Shown here piece after piece: positions 14,144 through 41,300 of a DNA stretch of 64,000 nucleotides. Below the pieces are notes generated by a model that saw only the letters and a program-made list of their open reading frames with translations, was not told the origin of the DNA and ran no database searches. The stretch lies in assembly GCA_051294375.1 (NCBI GenBank), contig CM119263.1, positions 9,788,432-9,852,431 of the forward strand, read 5' to 3'. A program made the translations under genes and the position numbers. Numbering within the stretch: the stretch's first letter is position 1; every line of letters starts with the position of its first letter. Source of the DNA: Paraspadella gotoi. Lineage: Eukaryota; Animalia; Chaetognatha.

Positions 14144-14359
14144 CTCTTTTCCGCGCATATTCCGAATTCGTTCTCTAAAATTAAAAAAAAAAACTTAAAT
14201 ATGCATATAAATTTTTAATCTCCCTCGTAATATTATTTCCGATTTGATATATAATTATAAATTATAATCGAAAATTCTTTCGCGGGTCTGGATTCTTCAA
14301 TCAATTGCTTTGTCCGAGTCACGGAGTTCTTTTTTTTTTTTTCTGTAGGTTATCGTCCA

Positions 14360-14432
<73 letters not shown>

Positions 14433-15571
14433 CTCTCTCTCCCTGTCGTTTTCCCTTTTTTGAATTTTTTTTTCTCGTTTTCTTTGTTGTTTTGTTTCTC
14501 TACTTTTCGTAGCCCAAAATTCAAAAATCGTTTCAGATTTTTTTAGTCCAACATCGAGAACGAAATCTCGACGAATTATTTAGCAAACGATATTTTTTTT
14601 TTTAGTCGATAATTTTAAACTTATAAATTTTCAACATCCTTAATATTATTTTTTTATTTTCTGTTAAAAAAGTTTCTTTATCTTATTTTTTTTTAATTTA
14701 CTGTTATTATTCTTGGTCTTTTCAAAAAAAAAATTTTTTTCCTTCTTAGTTTTTTATTTTTTAATTTTTTTTTTAAGAAAAATAATTTTCTCGGTAATTT
14801 TATTCATTCTCTCTCTCTCTCGAAAAAGCAAGTTCAAGGATTGGTTTCGGGTGAAAAATACAAGTTTGGCAGTTTGTTACGGATTACGAAGAAACCACGT
14901 CTTTTTTTTTTTTTTTTTTTGAACCGCCCTAATGTTCCCGCATCTCTTCGCCTACTACTACTAGTCTTTCTACCTTAAAATTCACGAGATTCGAAAATGG
15001 TCGATTTTCCGCCCTTTAGCCCTTGATCGATCTCGTTCGAGAAGCAGAAACGAAATACATACAATAAAAAAAAAGATAATTTTGAGATAATAAAGAGTTT
15101 TTTTTTCTTTCGTTGTTAATTTTCAGATAATTTCAGTTGAACTCGTCTTTATTTTTATTCCTACTGTTTATTTCATGCCAAAGGATTCGATTATTTTTTT
15201 TTTGGTTCGGTTGTGTGTTCGGCCCGTGACGTCGCCGAGTAGAGCCGAAGTGAGAAAGACTTTGTTCCGTTTTATACGAGACTCTCAAGAGTTTCTCTCT
15301 TTGGATATCGATTCTTCTCTTCATCTTCTACGGTCATGAATGTTAACTGTTTCGTTGTCTCTCTCTCTTTCAATTTTTTTCAATTTTTTTCTGCGTGTAG
15401 TTAATATTTGAGACGCGTGAAATTAAAAATTTCTTCATTTCTTGTTACGATGTATCCTTAGTTTTTTTTTAAGTGAAGTAAGGTTTTTGTTTTTTAGATT
15501 AGTAGTTGAAAATCGATTTAGGTTATATTGTCGAAACGACAATGTTAATGATAAGCATGAGGATTGAGGAG

Positions 15572-15690
<119 letters not shown>

Positions 15691-17589
15691 GACATTATAG
15701 GTGGGATTCTTAATCCTGCCCGAGCGTTGCGATCAAACTCTGCCTTTCTCTTAGTCAGTTAGGGTTTAGAAAAAAAAATCGTTTCAGCACTTTTTCTTCC
15801 CGCACTCACTTTTTTGTGGTCGTTATAATGAAAATAAGAGAAAAAATTAAATTAAAGTTGTTCGCGTTACACTTTCAACAGATAACTTTGTTTTACAGTA
15901 TAATCGTCTCCGATAAATGATTAATATTTTTTTAGTTTTAGTTTTAGTTTTTAGTTTTTTTATTTTTTTGTTTCACCCGAAAATTCGGTTCATAATTTGT
16001 TCAATCATCAAACGAAAAGTCCACATTTTTTCCTCAAAATAAAACTTGAGTGTAAACTTTCATTCGCCGAAAAAAAATTTGTTTCTAAATGCGGACTTAA
16101 AACTGACTTGTCTAATAAACTTACACGAAAAAAAATTAATTAACGTCTATCTAATATTAGCCTTTTCCCTTTTTCTTATTATTTTACTTTTTTCATCGCG
16201 AAAAACGAAAAAATAACCCTGCAATATTTTGCACCGCTGATTTCACCTCAATGTGACCGAGTCGCTGGGAAGAGTGGAAACATTAAGATCGTTAGTAAAG
16301 CAATAAACAATTAGTTTCGTTTTATTATTATTTTAACTTCCAATATATATTTTTATTTAATTTTTAAATTTCATCTTTTTAAAATATTACCAGAGTTTAT
16401 ACATAAATGATTTACACCATTTTTTTTTAATTTATCGTTTCTTTTTATAAAAAAAAATTCACCTAACCACAAAACATGTATAATAAAATATTTATAATAC
16501 ATTATAATTAGGAATTATTAACTAGATTTGCTACTTCTGCTTTTCCGAGAATCGAGCGAAGGTCGACGTCGTGTCTTCCACTCTTCGTTTCTCAACACAC
16601 ATATCAGGGCAGGAAAATGCCTTGAAGATCATAATAAGAATTTTATCAGCGTTTCTCCGATCGTCAAAATGTTATTCCCATAATTACACAATTTCAGTCG
16701 GGTATATTCATTGTTCGACGTTCTTTATTCATTTTTAATTCAAATTATCATAATTTCCTATTTTTTATGGGTCAACGTCAATCGGTCAGTACCTTAAACA
16801 TTTTTAAGTCGTTATTATTTTTTTTCTTCAGAATTTTAAAAGGAACTTACAGCGTTCTTTCTATTTAACTTTATGTTTGTATTAGAAATTATAAAAAATA
16901 ATATTTCTCGAAAGAAATAGGAATATTTAAATTAGTAAATAGTATTTCAAAATTACATTTACTCAAAAAAAAAACAAAAAAACTGTTGAATCTGCTATTA
17001 CGAATTTTTCATTTATCTTCCTCCTTATCTCCTCCTCCTCCGTTCCTCCTCCTCCTCCTCCTTTCCTCTTCCTCCTCTTTCATCTTCATTCTTGTTCTCG
17101 GTTCGAATTTTGCCATTCATAAGAGACCTGCATAAACTTATCAAATGGTTAAAACAAATAAAAAATACCCGTTCGAACAGCAACCGATTTTACTTTCGAC
17201 TTTTTAATTAAAATCGATTCATATTTTGTTTTTCAAAAAAATCGTTTTCAACCATCTACAGACAAGGTAAATAAAATAATTGACATTTACGACGATGATT
17301 CACTTCTCACTCTCTCTAATGTCTCTGTCTCTGTCTCCATGGCTTTCTTTCCTTTTTTTTTTCTTGCATTTGCCAGATCGTGATTTAAACCTGTCTTACG
17401 TGCTTCAGAGTTTTAATTTTCGAAAGTCTGTTATCATTATGAAAGTGGTTCTCGAATCTCGAAATACAAATTTTTATCTTTTTTTTTTTGAGGATTTTTA
17501 GGGTAAAGTTTAATATTTAAATCTGAACGTAATTTTTAAATATGGAAAATTTTAGACGACCTGTAAAGTTAAACTCACCTTCCTGCTCT

Positions 17590-17860
17590 ACCACCCAACA
17601 AACCCGTCATTACTAATTTTCCACCACCACGCCTCTCGCCCCCCCCCCACCCTTTTCCTCCATTCCCTCCTCCTCCTCCTCTCTCCATTGGTTCGCATAG
17701 TTTCCGATTCCTCCACGAATCGCTCTTCCTCCTCCCGTTCCCTCATCCATTTCCCATCCTCTTCCTAAGGTCGCTCCTCCGCCTCCCGACGCGAAGCTCG
17801 CGCTTCTCCTCCTCATGCCCGAGCAGTGAACCGTCTCAGGTCTAAAGCCCCGATTTCCCT
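17590..17860 (+). promoter_or_regulatory. Possible ARID5 promoter or first non-coding exon
   Basis: GC/CpG-rich island with a reverse CCAAT (ATTGG at about 17687) and a candidate donor cag|gtctaa, about 1.4 kb before the ATG exon, which itself starts with an acceptor. Confidence 0.35.
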
Positions 17861-18091
17861 TCTTTAGGACAAAAACAATGAAAAATATGGACACAAAAAT
17901 TAGTTCTGTTGTACAGATCAAATGAATACGTCTTTGAAATTATTGGTTTCGATTACTTTTCGAAAAATTTGATCAAAGTTTTTTTTAAAATTGAAATGTT
18001 ATTTTAGTCACTATTGCTGACTTTATAAAATTAAAATTTTAATTATAATTTTAACTTTCATTTTTATCAACAATGCCCGATCGTGTTCTTT

Positions 18092-18143
<52 letters not shown>

Positions 18144-19228
18144 CCTCTCTCCCCCCCTTTCTATTCTTACTTAAATTTATGAAAGACCGGTTTATCGGAT
18201 CTCAAGGTTTTCTTCGAAATTAACAGAAAAACAATAAAAAATATACAAATATTTTTTGAACTTTAAAAAGAAAACATCAATTTAGTATCTTAACTGCGTT
18301 TTAGTTTTCAATCATAAACATAAAGCGTTCGTGTTAGAGAAACTGTTTTTTAAAATAGTTATTTGCGTCTTTTGCATTACATTTATTCACTCGAGAAATA
18401 CCGTTGACATAAAGATGAAATTTTCTAACTTTTTTTTTTGCTGCCTGCACTCGTCCTCTCTTAATTTTTATTTAATTTATTTAAATCCGATAGTTTCGAA
18501 AAAATTAAAACTATCCTTTTCTCTCGACAGATGAGTTGAAAAAAAAAAAATAATCGGAGAAAAGAACCCGAAAGGCTGACCCCTACCGACTTCACTTCCC
18601 CGGAACTAGGGCTCCGCCGCAAAACGGAACTAACCGCAATCCACAACAACCTTTTGGTATTTCTCATCGGCGACGACGACACATTCTTAAAAAAAAAAAA
18701 ATTAAACAGAATAAAAAAAAACTATTCTTCGTCGTCGTCGTAGTCGTCGTCGTTGTTGCATGCAGGAGCTGAAGAATTGAGAGAAATCTGAGTAAGACAT
18801 GAATTCGAACAAGCCGAAAAAAGAAAAGGGAAAGAAAGGAATAAACTCAAAAGCATAAAAAGATTGAAATAAAAATAATTAATTCGAGAGGGAAAAGAAA
18901 GAGAAATTCTGATTTGATATAAATAATCTCTGCAAATTAAAAATTTCGACATATTTATATAGGTATGAATTAGCAAATGATCAAGCGATTGATTAAAGTT
19001 TCAAGTGGGGATAAAAATAATAAAAACGAGTTAAATTATAAAAAGTGGAAAAAACCGATTGATCCGAACAGGAAACAAAAAATTGTTTACAAGGATTTTA
19101 ATAAATTGTGTTCGATAGATACTATCACGGAACCTAATTCGATACCATATCCATTTTCCATTATCCAATATCGTTATATTCGCGACTTAACAAAAATTTA
19201 TCTATTATATTCTTCAGTATTTGTGAAA

Positions 19229-32514
<13,286 letters not shown>

Positions 32515-32826
32515 ATAATTTCATCTTTTTGCTATCCCCTCCCCTTCTCCGAAAAATTTCTAAGTTGTTTATCAGCTCCCAAAAGTAGTAATATTTTTTT
32601 GTTTTTGGTTTGTTTGATTTTTAAAATATAATCGTACTGCAATTTATTAATTTTATTATTTCAGTTTTAGATACCTAAATCTATCACTAAACAAGAGGAT
32701 ATTAGTAAAACTAAAAAGTTAATTATCGAAACATTGTCTTTATTGAAACTAAGACATTAGCAAAATAGATTGGTCAAAAAGAAACAAAAGCAGCCTGCAA
32801 AATACATTTTGAAACTTAAGTCTTAA

Positions 32827-32926
32827 AATAAACTGTGGGAATGTTTTCTTCATTAAGTTGTTCGGATGGTGACCTGGGAAGAAAATAATTTGTTAAAACG
32901 CAGTTAATAACAGCTTTTAAAATAAA
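32827..32926 (+). terminator. Candidate poly(A) signals of ARID5
   Basis: AATAAA at 32827 and 32921, 310-410 nt after the stop; weak because the background is AT-rich. Confidence 0.35.
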
Positions 32927-33009
32927 AAGTGTGTGAAAATCTTAAAATTACTAGTAGTATATAAGTAAAATCTGGACTCATGACATGACTAACTTTGACA
33001 CTTAAAAAA

Positions 33010-34459
33010 AAATCTTAAAAGCATAAGGATCGTCGCAATTGTATAAAAAAAATATGGACCCATGACAAACTTTATCAAATTTGATTTTTTGAGTGTCAAA
33101 GGAAAACTATGTTTTATATATAAATCATTTAAAAAAGAGAGAAAGAAAGAAAGAGAGAAAGAAAGAAAGAAGAGAGAGAGAGAAAGAAGGAAAGAGAGAA
33201 AAAAGAAAGAGAGAAAGAAAGAAAGAGAGAAAGAAAGAAAGAGAGAGAGAAGAAAGAGAGAAAGAAAGAGAGAAAGAAAGAGAGAAAGAAAGAGAGAAAG
33301 ATAAGAGAAAAGAAAGAAAGAAAGAAAAGAAAGAAAGAAAGAGAAAGAAAGAAGAAAGAAAGAAGAAAGAGAGAGAGAGAGGCCAAAACGCTTTCGAACG
33401 AATCAGCAGCGGCAGCCAGAAATATAAAAAAAATCAAATTTGAGAAAAGAAAATTAATTTATAAACAGAAAGAAAAATTCTATTTTGCGATGGTCAATAA
33501 AAAAAAATAATAAAGTACCGAGGAAAATTAAAGTTACAGTTTCTGAAAAAGAAAGAAAAAAAAATTTAAATTGTCAAATAAACTGATCAGCAGACGCAGA
33601 CCCTGAGAAAAAAAAAGAATAAATATAAAACAGTAAAATAACTTATTTTCGAGTTTAATTTTTAGAAATTGCAAAGTCTGGAAGGTACTTTTGTTTTACT
33701 TTTAGCCCGCATAAGCGAGCAGTTTGATCAAATGCGACCTCTCTAAACACTGTCAGCATTCCCAGACAAAAGACAAGGTGAAACTTGAATCAGACTGACG
33801 AAGTGAAGTAAAGACTAAAGTGAAGTAAAATGAAGTAAAGTAAAATAAAATAATAAAGTAAATATATATTGAAAAAAAATTATTCTGATTGATATTTAAA
33901 ATATTTAGAAAAAAATCCAAGAAAATCCCGGATGTAAATTTGGGAATAAATGGCGATAATGAAAGTTTTTAGAAGGAAAAAAATAATCAGAGAGAGAGAG
34001 AGAAAGAAATCAAAAGACAGCAGCAGAAGCAGCAGGAGAAAAAAGAGAATAAGAAAGAGCCCCTGCAGAGCCAGCCGTAGAGAAAGAAATCAAAAGGCAG
34101 AAGCAGCAGGAGAAAAGAAAGAAAAAGAATAAGCCCCTGCAGACTCGTTTTTTTTCCTATGAATCAGTGACAAGGGAAAAGAAAGAGGGAGAGAGACATG
34201 TAATTAAAAGAGAAAAGAGAGAGAGAGAGAAATATGAAAATAAAAGAGAAAATTTGTTTGTTTTGATAAAACGTAAACAAAACATATTTAATAACCGTCC
34301 AGACTCAATTTTAAGCACATCAATGATAAGAAGCTGTATATAAATTTTCAGCTTCATACACCCAAATTTAATCATAAAAAAGGCGATCTATAATTTGGAA
34401 CGACGACGACGACGCCACTTATGCGCAAAAGCGTTACAATATCGTCGCAAACGCTTAGC
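33010..34459 (+). mobile_element. HINE-like family B copy with a long purine tract
   Basis: Same start and body as 29645-30528; 3' palindrome truncated. Confidence 0.75.
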
Positions 34460-34540
34460 TTATAATATAAATATATATTTATATAGGACTTTCGTTTCGT
34501 TGCGTTTTAAATTTACAAACAACGAAGTTTATTTCTTTAA

Positions 34541-34581
34541 ACGGACATGTTTCGACTCTTTTTCGAGTCTTCATCATAATG
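34541..34581 (-). ncRNA. Minimal hammerhead ribozyme motif with C3>A change
   Basis: ATGATGA AGACTC gaaaaa GAGTC GAAACATGTC, followed by AATAAA. Confidence 0.6.
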
Positions 34582-34734
34582 TTTGGCCAAATTATTTAAA
34601 ATTTACATTGCGCTGATGAAGGGAAAGAGAGAGAGAGAGTCAACAATTCTACCCTAAGTGAACAGTAAGGCTTAGTAAAATTTCTAAATTTAACTTTAAT
34701 TAAAATTCTAAAAGTGAGGAACGAACAACATTGA

Positions 34735-34931
34735 AGAGACAGTAATTATTGATAAGTGTTAATGACAGAACCGTTCAATATAAGCAGTCCCTGAGCTTCG
34801 GATCAGGCTGTAACACCATGTTACAGGCGTGTTAAGCGCCCCGTCCCTCTTAACTGCCAGACGACCACCGGGCTAGAACCCCGGACCTTTTGGGTTGGGA
34901 GGCGAATGACTTGCCTCCGGCACCAATGGCC
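34735..34931 (-). mobile_element. tRNA-derived SINE nested in the hAT MITE
   Basis: A box TGGTGCCGGAGG and B box GGTTCTAGCCC on the minus strand. Confidence 0.6.
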
Positions 34932-34974
34932 ACTGATGAACGGTTGGTGGATTTTAGTCCACCATAACATTATC

Positions 34975-35512
34975 CACTTTTCCACTTCATTGATTAGGGA
35001 AGCCAGGTAATCTGGGAGTAAATAAACGGGACTGTGAGAGAGTCTTGATTGAAAGCTTGCAGGGACCTTCTATGTAATTATCTTGTAAGAGTGATGGAGG
35101 CCTTAAACCACCAAAGCCTGTCCAAAGTCAGGGGCAAGATAGCATTTATTAAATGAATGGATAATTTTTATATTGGTTGTACCAATTTCATAAAATTCAG
35201 CTCCTTGTATTTTGATGCTAGTGCGGAGGTACAATAAGTATTCCCCGATCTAATACTTAAGGGAGTGGTCTTTTCATACAATTGAAATTCTTTGAAATAT
35301 TTTCACTTCATTGATAGGGAAGCCAGGTAATCTGGGAGTAAATAAACGGGACTGTGAGAGAGTCTTGATTGAAAGCTTGCAGGGACCTGCTATGTAATTA
35401 TCTTGTAAGAGTGATGGAGGCCTTAAACCACCAAAGCCTGTCCAAAGTCAGGGGCAAGATAGCTTATTTATTAAATGAATGGATAATTTTTATATTGGTT
35501 GTACCAATTTCA
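34975..35512 (+). repeat. About 1.7 tandem copies of a ~320-bp unit, also present inverted at 25025-25360
   Basis: CACTTCATTGAT(T)AGGGAAGCCAGG..GTACCAATTTCAT occurs twice; the reverse complement sits in ARID5 intron 3. Confidence 0.9.
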
Positions 35513-38163
35513 TTATATTAATGAACATTTATATAAAAAAAAATTTATAATAAATTTACAATTTACGCAGTAGGCCATATTTATACTAGTACTAAATCAA
35601 TAAATGTTAAAATTTCAAAACAGTTTTTTCTAAGATTTTTTTGCATAAAAAGTTGATAAAAAGAAATATAACTCTTTTTTGAAAAATTCCTTCATTAAGT
35701 GGGTCAAAAATTAGAATAAGCTATATTTGAAGCTGAAAATTAACTTTTTATATATTAAATATAGTTTTTTTAATTTTTAACCCACTTAATGAAAGAATTT
35801 TTTAAAATGTTTATATTTTCTTTTATCAACTTTTGACGAGGAATTCAAATATGCAATCAAAATTAAGAAAAGCTTATTTTGAAATTGTTCGATTTTATAA
35901 GGATAGTACTATATATAAATATAGCCTACTGCGAAAATTAAAAAACAAAATTAATTTTTTAAATAAATTAATGTTCACTGATGGTATGTTGTTCATAATT
36001 GACTTTTAGAATTTTCGTATGTAACTTTCACTACGCCTTAGTGAACAGGTACCACTAAAATTTTCACAATTAAAAAAACTAAATTACATCCAATTCTTAA
36101 TTTATTATGAATTCTCACCATTTCGAGAGATCATATTGTCTTGATGAAATCGTTAAGGCAAATGGATCTTTGATAAGAACTCCAGTTCCAAATTTCGAGG
36201 TGATACACCGAGTTCACAATTCGACAAACTTTAGCACATAGAGACCTGATTAGGAGAGCTCTTTATTTCGACAGAATATAGGACTAAAACTCACGAGCTA
36301 GAAAAAATCTTGCAGGATAACTTTAACTGCTATAATCTATCTCCGCTATATTATAATGAACTATTAAAATATTAAAATACAATCTGCTAAATTTTATTTT
36401 AAAAAACTTCTTATTCAGATTCTTTATAATTTAGGAACAAACTATTCTATTGCAAAATATTAACTTTGACACTTTTACAATTAAGTTAAGAATGTTTAAA
36501 TATCGCATCAAATTTTCGAGTTTGATTGATAAATCTCTGTAAAATGAGCTGGACACTGGACATACCCCCTGAGCCAAACCAACTGATACAAAAGAAAAAT
36601 TAATTATTAACTATATGCCATTAAGAAAAATTTATAATACATATTGAAATAAAAATCATTGTTTTTAAAAAGTACAAAACATTATCAAAATGCTATCCAA
36701 ACCTGTAAAAAAAAATCGGCATCGCTATAAAAAATTATATTTCATGGAGCAAAAAACATTGTCCAAAAGCAGCGCTGATTTATCATTTTTACAAAAGTCG
36801 AATCCTGATAACTTTGGTTTCTGCTCGCAGACCTTTCCAGTTATAAATCATCACAAGAAAAAAATGAGATGTTACAGGTTGGAAACTCGGGATTTTTTCT
36901 ATAAAAAATCAGTTTAAAAACTTTTATGCAGCCGATGCTGTGATGCTCTGGTCACTATCTCGCTTAAACTACCATTTTTTTAAAATTGACTATTTTTTCA
37001 GTTTATCAAGAGGACAAGCTACTTATAGGCCTCTTGCTAATAATCCATTTAGCACAGACAAGGAGTCTGGGAAATTGCTTAGTCAGCCCATATTGTTTGT
37101 ACAAAGGCTGGAGTATCACTCTCCCAGGCAGCAAAAGGTTTATGGACTTACGGAATCAATATATCTGTAGCAGGGTCTGTAGCAAAGTTATTCATCGTAC
37201 TTTAGTGCCACAAGACAGGACAAATTACCACCTGTTATCTGCTAGTTTCAGAACTTCGGATCTGACTGTAGTCCGACACTACAGGACGGGCGGGCTAAAA
37301 TTTAACATTTTTTACAATATGAAAAAGTCTGCAATAAAAGTCTTTTGTCCTTTTACAACCAAATTGACTTATGATGTTAGATTTTGATTAAATTAATTTT
37401 CCTCATGCATGGAAGCATTTTAATATTTAACAATATATAAGAAATGCTTAAAAATATTTTTTTAAATTTAATTTTTTAAAAATGGATTCTGATAAAGATT
37501 AAAAAGTTAGATAAAGGTTAGTACTACAAACTTCAAAAATAAATGATAAATGGGCTAAAATTTGAAAAAACTTTAAAAAATCATCATTATCATTCATTAA
37601 ATTTTATAGTTTTTGTTAATTTTCATAGATAACTCATTAAAATTTCAAAAAGTTGTATTAATAACCTTTATCTAAATTTTTAAGCTCTATCAGAATCCAT
37701 TAAAAAAAATTAAAATTTATTAAAAAGTTGTTTTTACATTATATAGTATTCGGATAATATAAAATAGCTTCAATGCGTTTAACTATAAGATAAATCTAAA
37801 ATTTTTTTGATTTTCTCGATCTTTAATAATCACATTAACAATATTTATACCGGACTTCTGTTAGTTTGTAACCTGTTCTGCCTTTCTACAGGCGGGTGGC
37901 GATAGTGAATATGTTGACACAGTACTCCATTTTTAACAAATACGATTTTAGCATCTTTGTGAGAAAAAAGATTTAAAGTTGTTCGTGATAATTGACATTC
38001 ATAAAAAGTTATTTATCATTTAAACTCAACTCAGTAAAATACGTCAGTGGTTTCTTTCGTATCATCGGATTTGACTCGGGGGGGTATTACACTTTTAAAG
38101 CGATCCAACCGTCACCATAATACGAAAAATTGAAAAACTGATCAAAGCTCATCGAAAACTTAC

Positions 38164-38321
38164 TTCCCCTCGACCAGTTGGCGAAAATCATTGACGGTTT
38201 TCATTGTCCATACGCCGTTCGCTCGGGTGCGGTCGATGGCCTTATCCGTATGGTTCGTTTCTGGGAAGGACACATGCGTTTCTACCGGAGGCCCAACGTC
38301 GGAGAGACAGCACGGCACAGC
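38164..38321 (-). CDS. Extended Tudor C-part exon
   Basis: ttttag|gct ... aa|gtaagt; AVPCCLSDVGP..GVWTMKTVNDFRQLVEG. The downstream terminal exon(s), near 37.9-38.1 kb, are unresolved. Confidence 0.88.
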
Positions 38322-41300
38322 CTAAAAATAAATACCGGACACAGTTTTGAAAGGTGGTCCATCAATATGATAAGGTTTGACGAAATAATCACCCTGAAGG
38401 AGTCGAGCTACGATAATCATCGCGAAACAAGAAAAAAAACTTTTCTTACCTGAAAGGGAAGCTGACAGAAATGAGGTTCGAGGAGACGGACATCTCCGCG
38501 ATTTGCGTGAGAGTTAAACCCGAAATCAACGAAAAAGAGAGAAACCTGATGATTGATATTTTGGTTTTTAAACAAGTTTGAGCAAACAATGCCGGATCTG
38601 CCAACGATCATTAACTAATTAATTAACTCGAATTAATTAACTAATTAATTAATTTTATCCGTCATTCTGAACTCAAACATGTTTGTTTTTAGGTCTTTTC
38701 GTCACTGACCATGACAAAAGCGACAACGATGATGGCGACGACGATTGATTGATTGAATAATTAACTGATTGATCAATTGACTAATTTTTGATTAATTAAT
38801 TGACTAATTAATACTTCTTGCCTTTACATTTAAAATAAAAAGAAAAATTAATTAGTGAAATAGGATTTTAGTTTTTTCNNNNNNNNNNTCTTATGTTACT
38901 AATTAACTAATTCAAAGAAGCCCCTTTAAGAAGCGGACTCAAACACACGCACAAAAATTGTATCTTTTGTAACTTCCATCGTCGTTTTATGCATCACTCC
39001 TTTTGTCGTCGCTCTCACCGTCGCAACTGCTTCTCCATCGTTCAAATTATCGTCGTTTCTGTCGATCCCGATTCCGACGGAAGCTTAATTCTTTCTCTCC
39101 TCCAGCAAACCAGAATTTTATTGTTGCAAAAGTAACATTGGGAAAAATGACCCTAATCCCTTACCCTAATCCCGAATATCTATCCCCTAAACTAACCTTA
39201 TCCCTCACCGAAACCCTAAACAATTAATCCATCGTTCAAATTATTGTCAGTTTTTTGTCGATCCCGATTCTGACTCTTAATCATTCAGCCAAAGAGAGAG
39301 CGAGAGAGATTTGCTGCTCCGTCATACGGAATGGGGGCATCGATGATTGAAAAGGCCCATTAAAAAAGCAATATCAGCTGTGAAAGTTCAAAGGCCACGT
39401 TGATTCCACTTTGAAAATTGGGAATCTACAATGAACCCACACCGATATCACTAACTCACCAATATAACTAGGGAAGTGAGCAGTTATTGAGGCAGATCAC
39501 AACTCACAAAAGAGCATCAATAATTATATAAAGAAATCATTAGATTCCGGTTAGGCATTAGTTTTATTTTCATAACAATAATAAATTTAAAAAATATTTT
39601 TTAATCTTAATATACCAAAAAATAGTGATCTCGCCAGACGTTATTATCAAAGAAAATTAATAAAAAAATCTAATAATAAATTATTAATAATGTAATAATA
39701 ATTGATTGATTGATTGATGGATGTAATAATAATTGATTAATATAATAATAATTTAATAATTGATGTAATAATAATTGATTGATGTAATAATAATTGATTG
39801 ATATAATTATAATGTATTAATTAATAAAATAATAATTTATTAATTGATGTAATAATAATTGATTAATTAATGTAAGAATAATTGATTAATTGATATAATA
39901 ATAATTAATTGATTGATATAACAGTAATTGATTGATTGATATAATTGTAATTAACTGATTGATATAATCGTAATTAATTGATTGATGTAATAATAATTGA
40001 TTGATATAATAATAATTGATTATTGATGCAATGATAACCAAAAGATTGATGCGATAAAAACCAAAGGATTAATTACGATGATAACCAAATAATTGAAGCG
40101 ATGATAACCAAATATTCATACTGTAGCGGTATATTCACACCGCCTCACGTCCACCATCGTTCAGCCAAATCCATTGTGGAACACACCATCCCAGGCGTAG
40201 TGTTCCATCCACAGTCCTAACGACTTCCCTCTGCGTTGGCAAAGCGAGACCGTCCTAGGGTAACCGCGCCAGTGACTGGATGCGTCACTGAGGGTCGGAA
40301 GCTCCCAAAGACAACAGTGAGATGCCCCATCCCAATGGGCATCACAGACAACCCGGCTGTTGCCATAAGTGGTGAACCCTATTATCGAACACGCAACCTT
40401 CTCAGGGTACAAAACGCCTATGCCCTGCCGACTTCGGGTACGCTACGACAAACGCCTATGCCCCTGGGGTATGCCATGACAAAACGCCTATGCCCCCACA
40501 ACTCGCGCTCTCTCTCTCCCACTATGGTAACAGTCTTGTCAGACACCTTTCAGGCTTGAGGAACCTGAGTGATATCTTGGCCCAGGGATCCTGTGGCAGT
40601 ATATTCACACCACCTCACGTCCACCATCATTCGGCCAAATCCATTGGGGAACACACCATCCCAGGAGTAGTGTTCCATCAAGTCCTAACAACTTCCCTCT
40701 GCGTTGGCAAAGCGAGACCGTCCTAGGGTAACCGCGCCAGTGACTGGATACGTCACTGAGGGTCAGAAGCCTCCAAAGTCATTAGTGAGATGCCCCATCC
40801 AAATGGCACATCCCAAAGGCAACCCGGCTGTTGCCATAATATGATAATAACCAAATTGATGCGATGATAACCAAATGTTAGATACAATGATAACCAAATG
40901 ATGGATGATAATCATTCATTGATGCAATGATAATCATTCATTAATCCGATAATAATCATTTATTGATACAATAAAAGTCATGATTGATGCAATGAGTCAT
41001 TCATGATAAATAAAAACAAACAAATGTGTGTATGAGTTAAAGAGAGAGGGAAAAAGAGAGAAAAGCTGGACAACCGCTGCAGAGCAAACGCGTTTATAAA
41101 CGAATCAGCTGCGACAGAAAAAAAGAGCGATATATAATTAAAAGAGAAAAGAGAAAAACTGAACAGCCGCTGCAGAGCTTAACTCGTCTATATATATAAA
41201 CATAAATAAAACAAAAATAACAATTTAAAAGACCTCAATGATGAAAAGCCATATCTAAATTTTCAACTTCCTATGGTTATACACGAGTTATTTTTAATAT

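Larger units (their letters stand above)
34666..36040. mobile_element. Same hAT MITE family, with a ~780-bp nested insertion
   Basis: Same TIRs; 8-bp TSD GTGAACAG at 34658 and 36041; extra sequence at about 34733-35510. Confidence 0.93.

Noticed and set aside
36940-37387. Overlapping + strand ORFs between the two genes
   Set aside because: No recognisable motif or consistent exon chain; the 3' part runs into a repeat also seen near 27.9-28.0 kb.
38085-38453. + strand ORF resembling a deleted Penelope element (DPT, VGETAR, TGHSF)
   Set aside because: The minus strand gives an in-phase exon with canonical splice sites that continues the Tudor domain (LPFQ|AVPCCL); the + strand resemblance is coincidental.
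39290-39480. Possible terminal exon (IPNFQSGINVAFELSQLILLF)
   Set aside because: It lies between two Tudor core exons that join in phase without it.
40122-40838. TRIM as a hammerhead retrozyme
   Set aside because: I found no CTGANGA..GAAA core on either strand of the LTRs.
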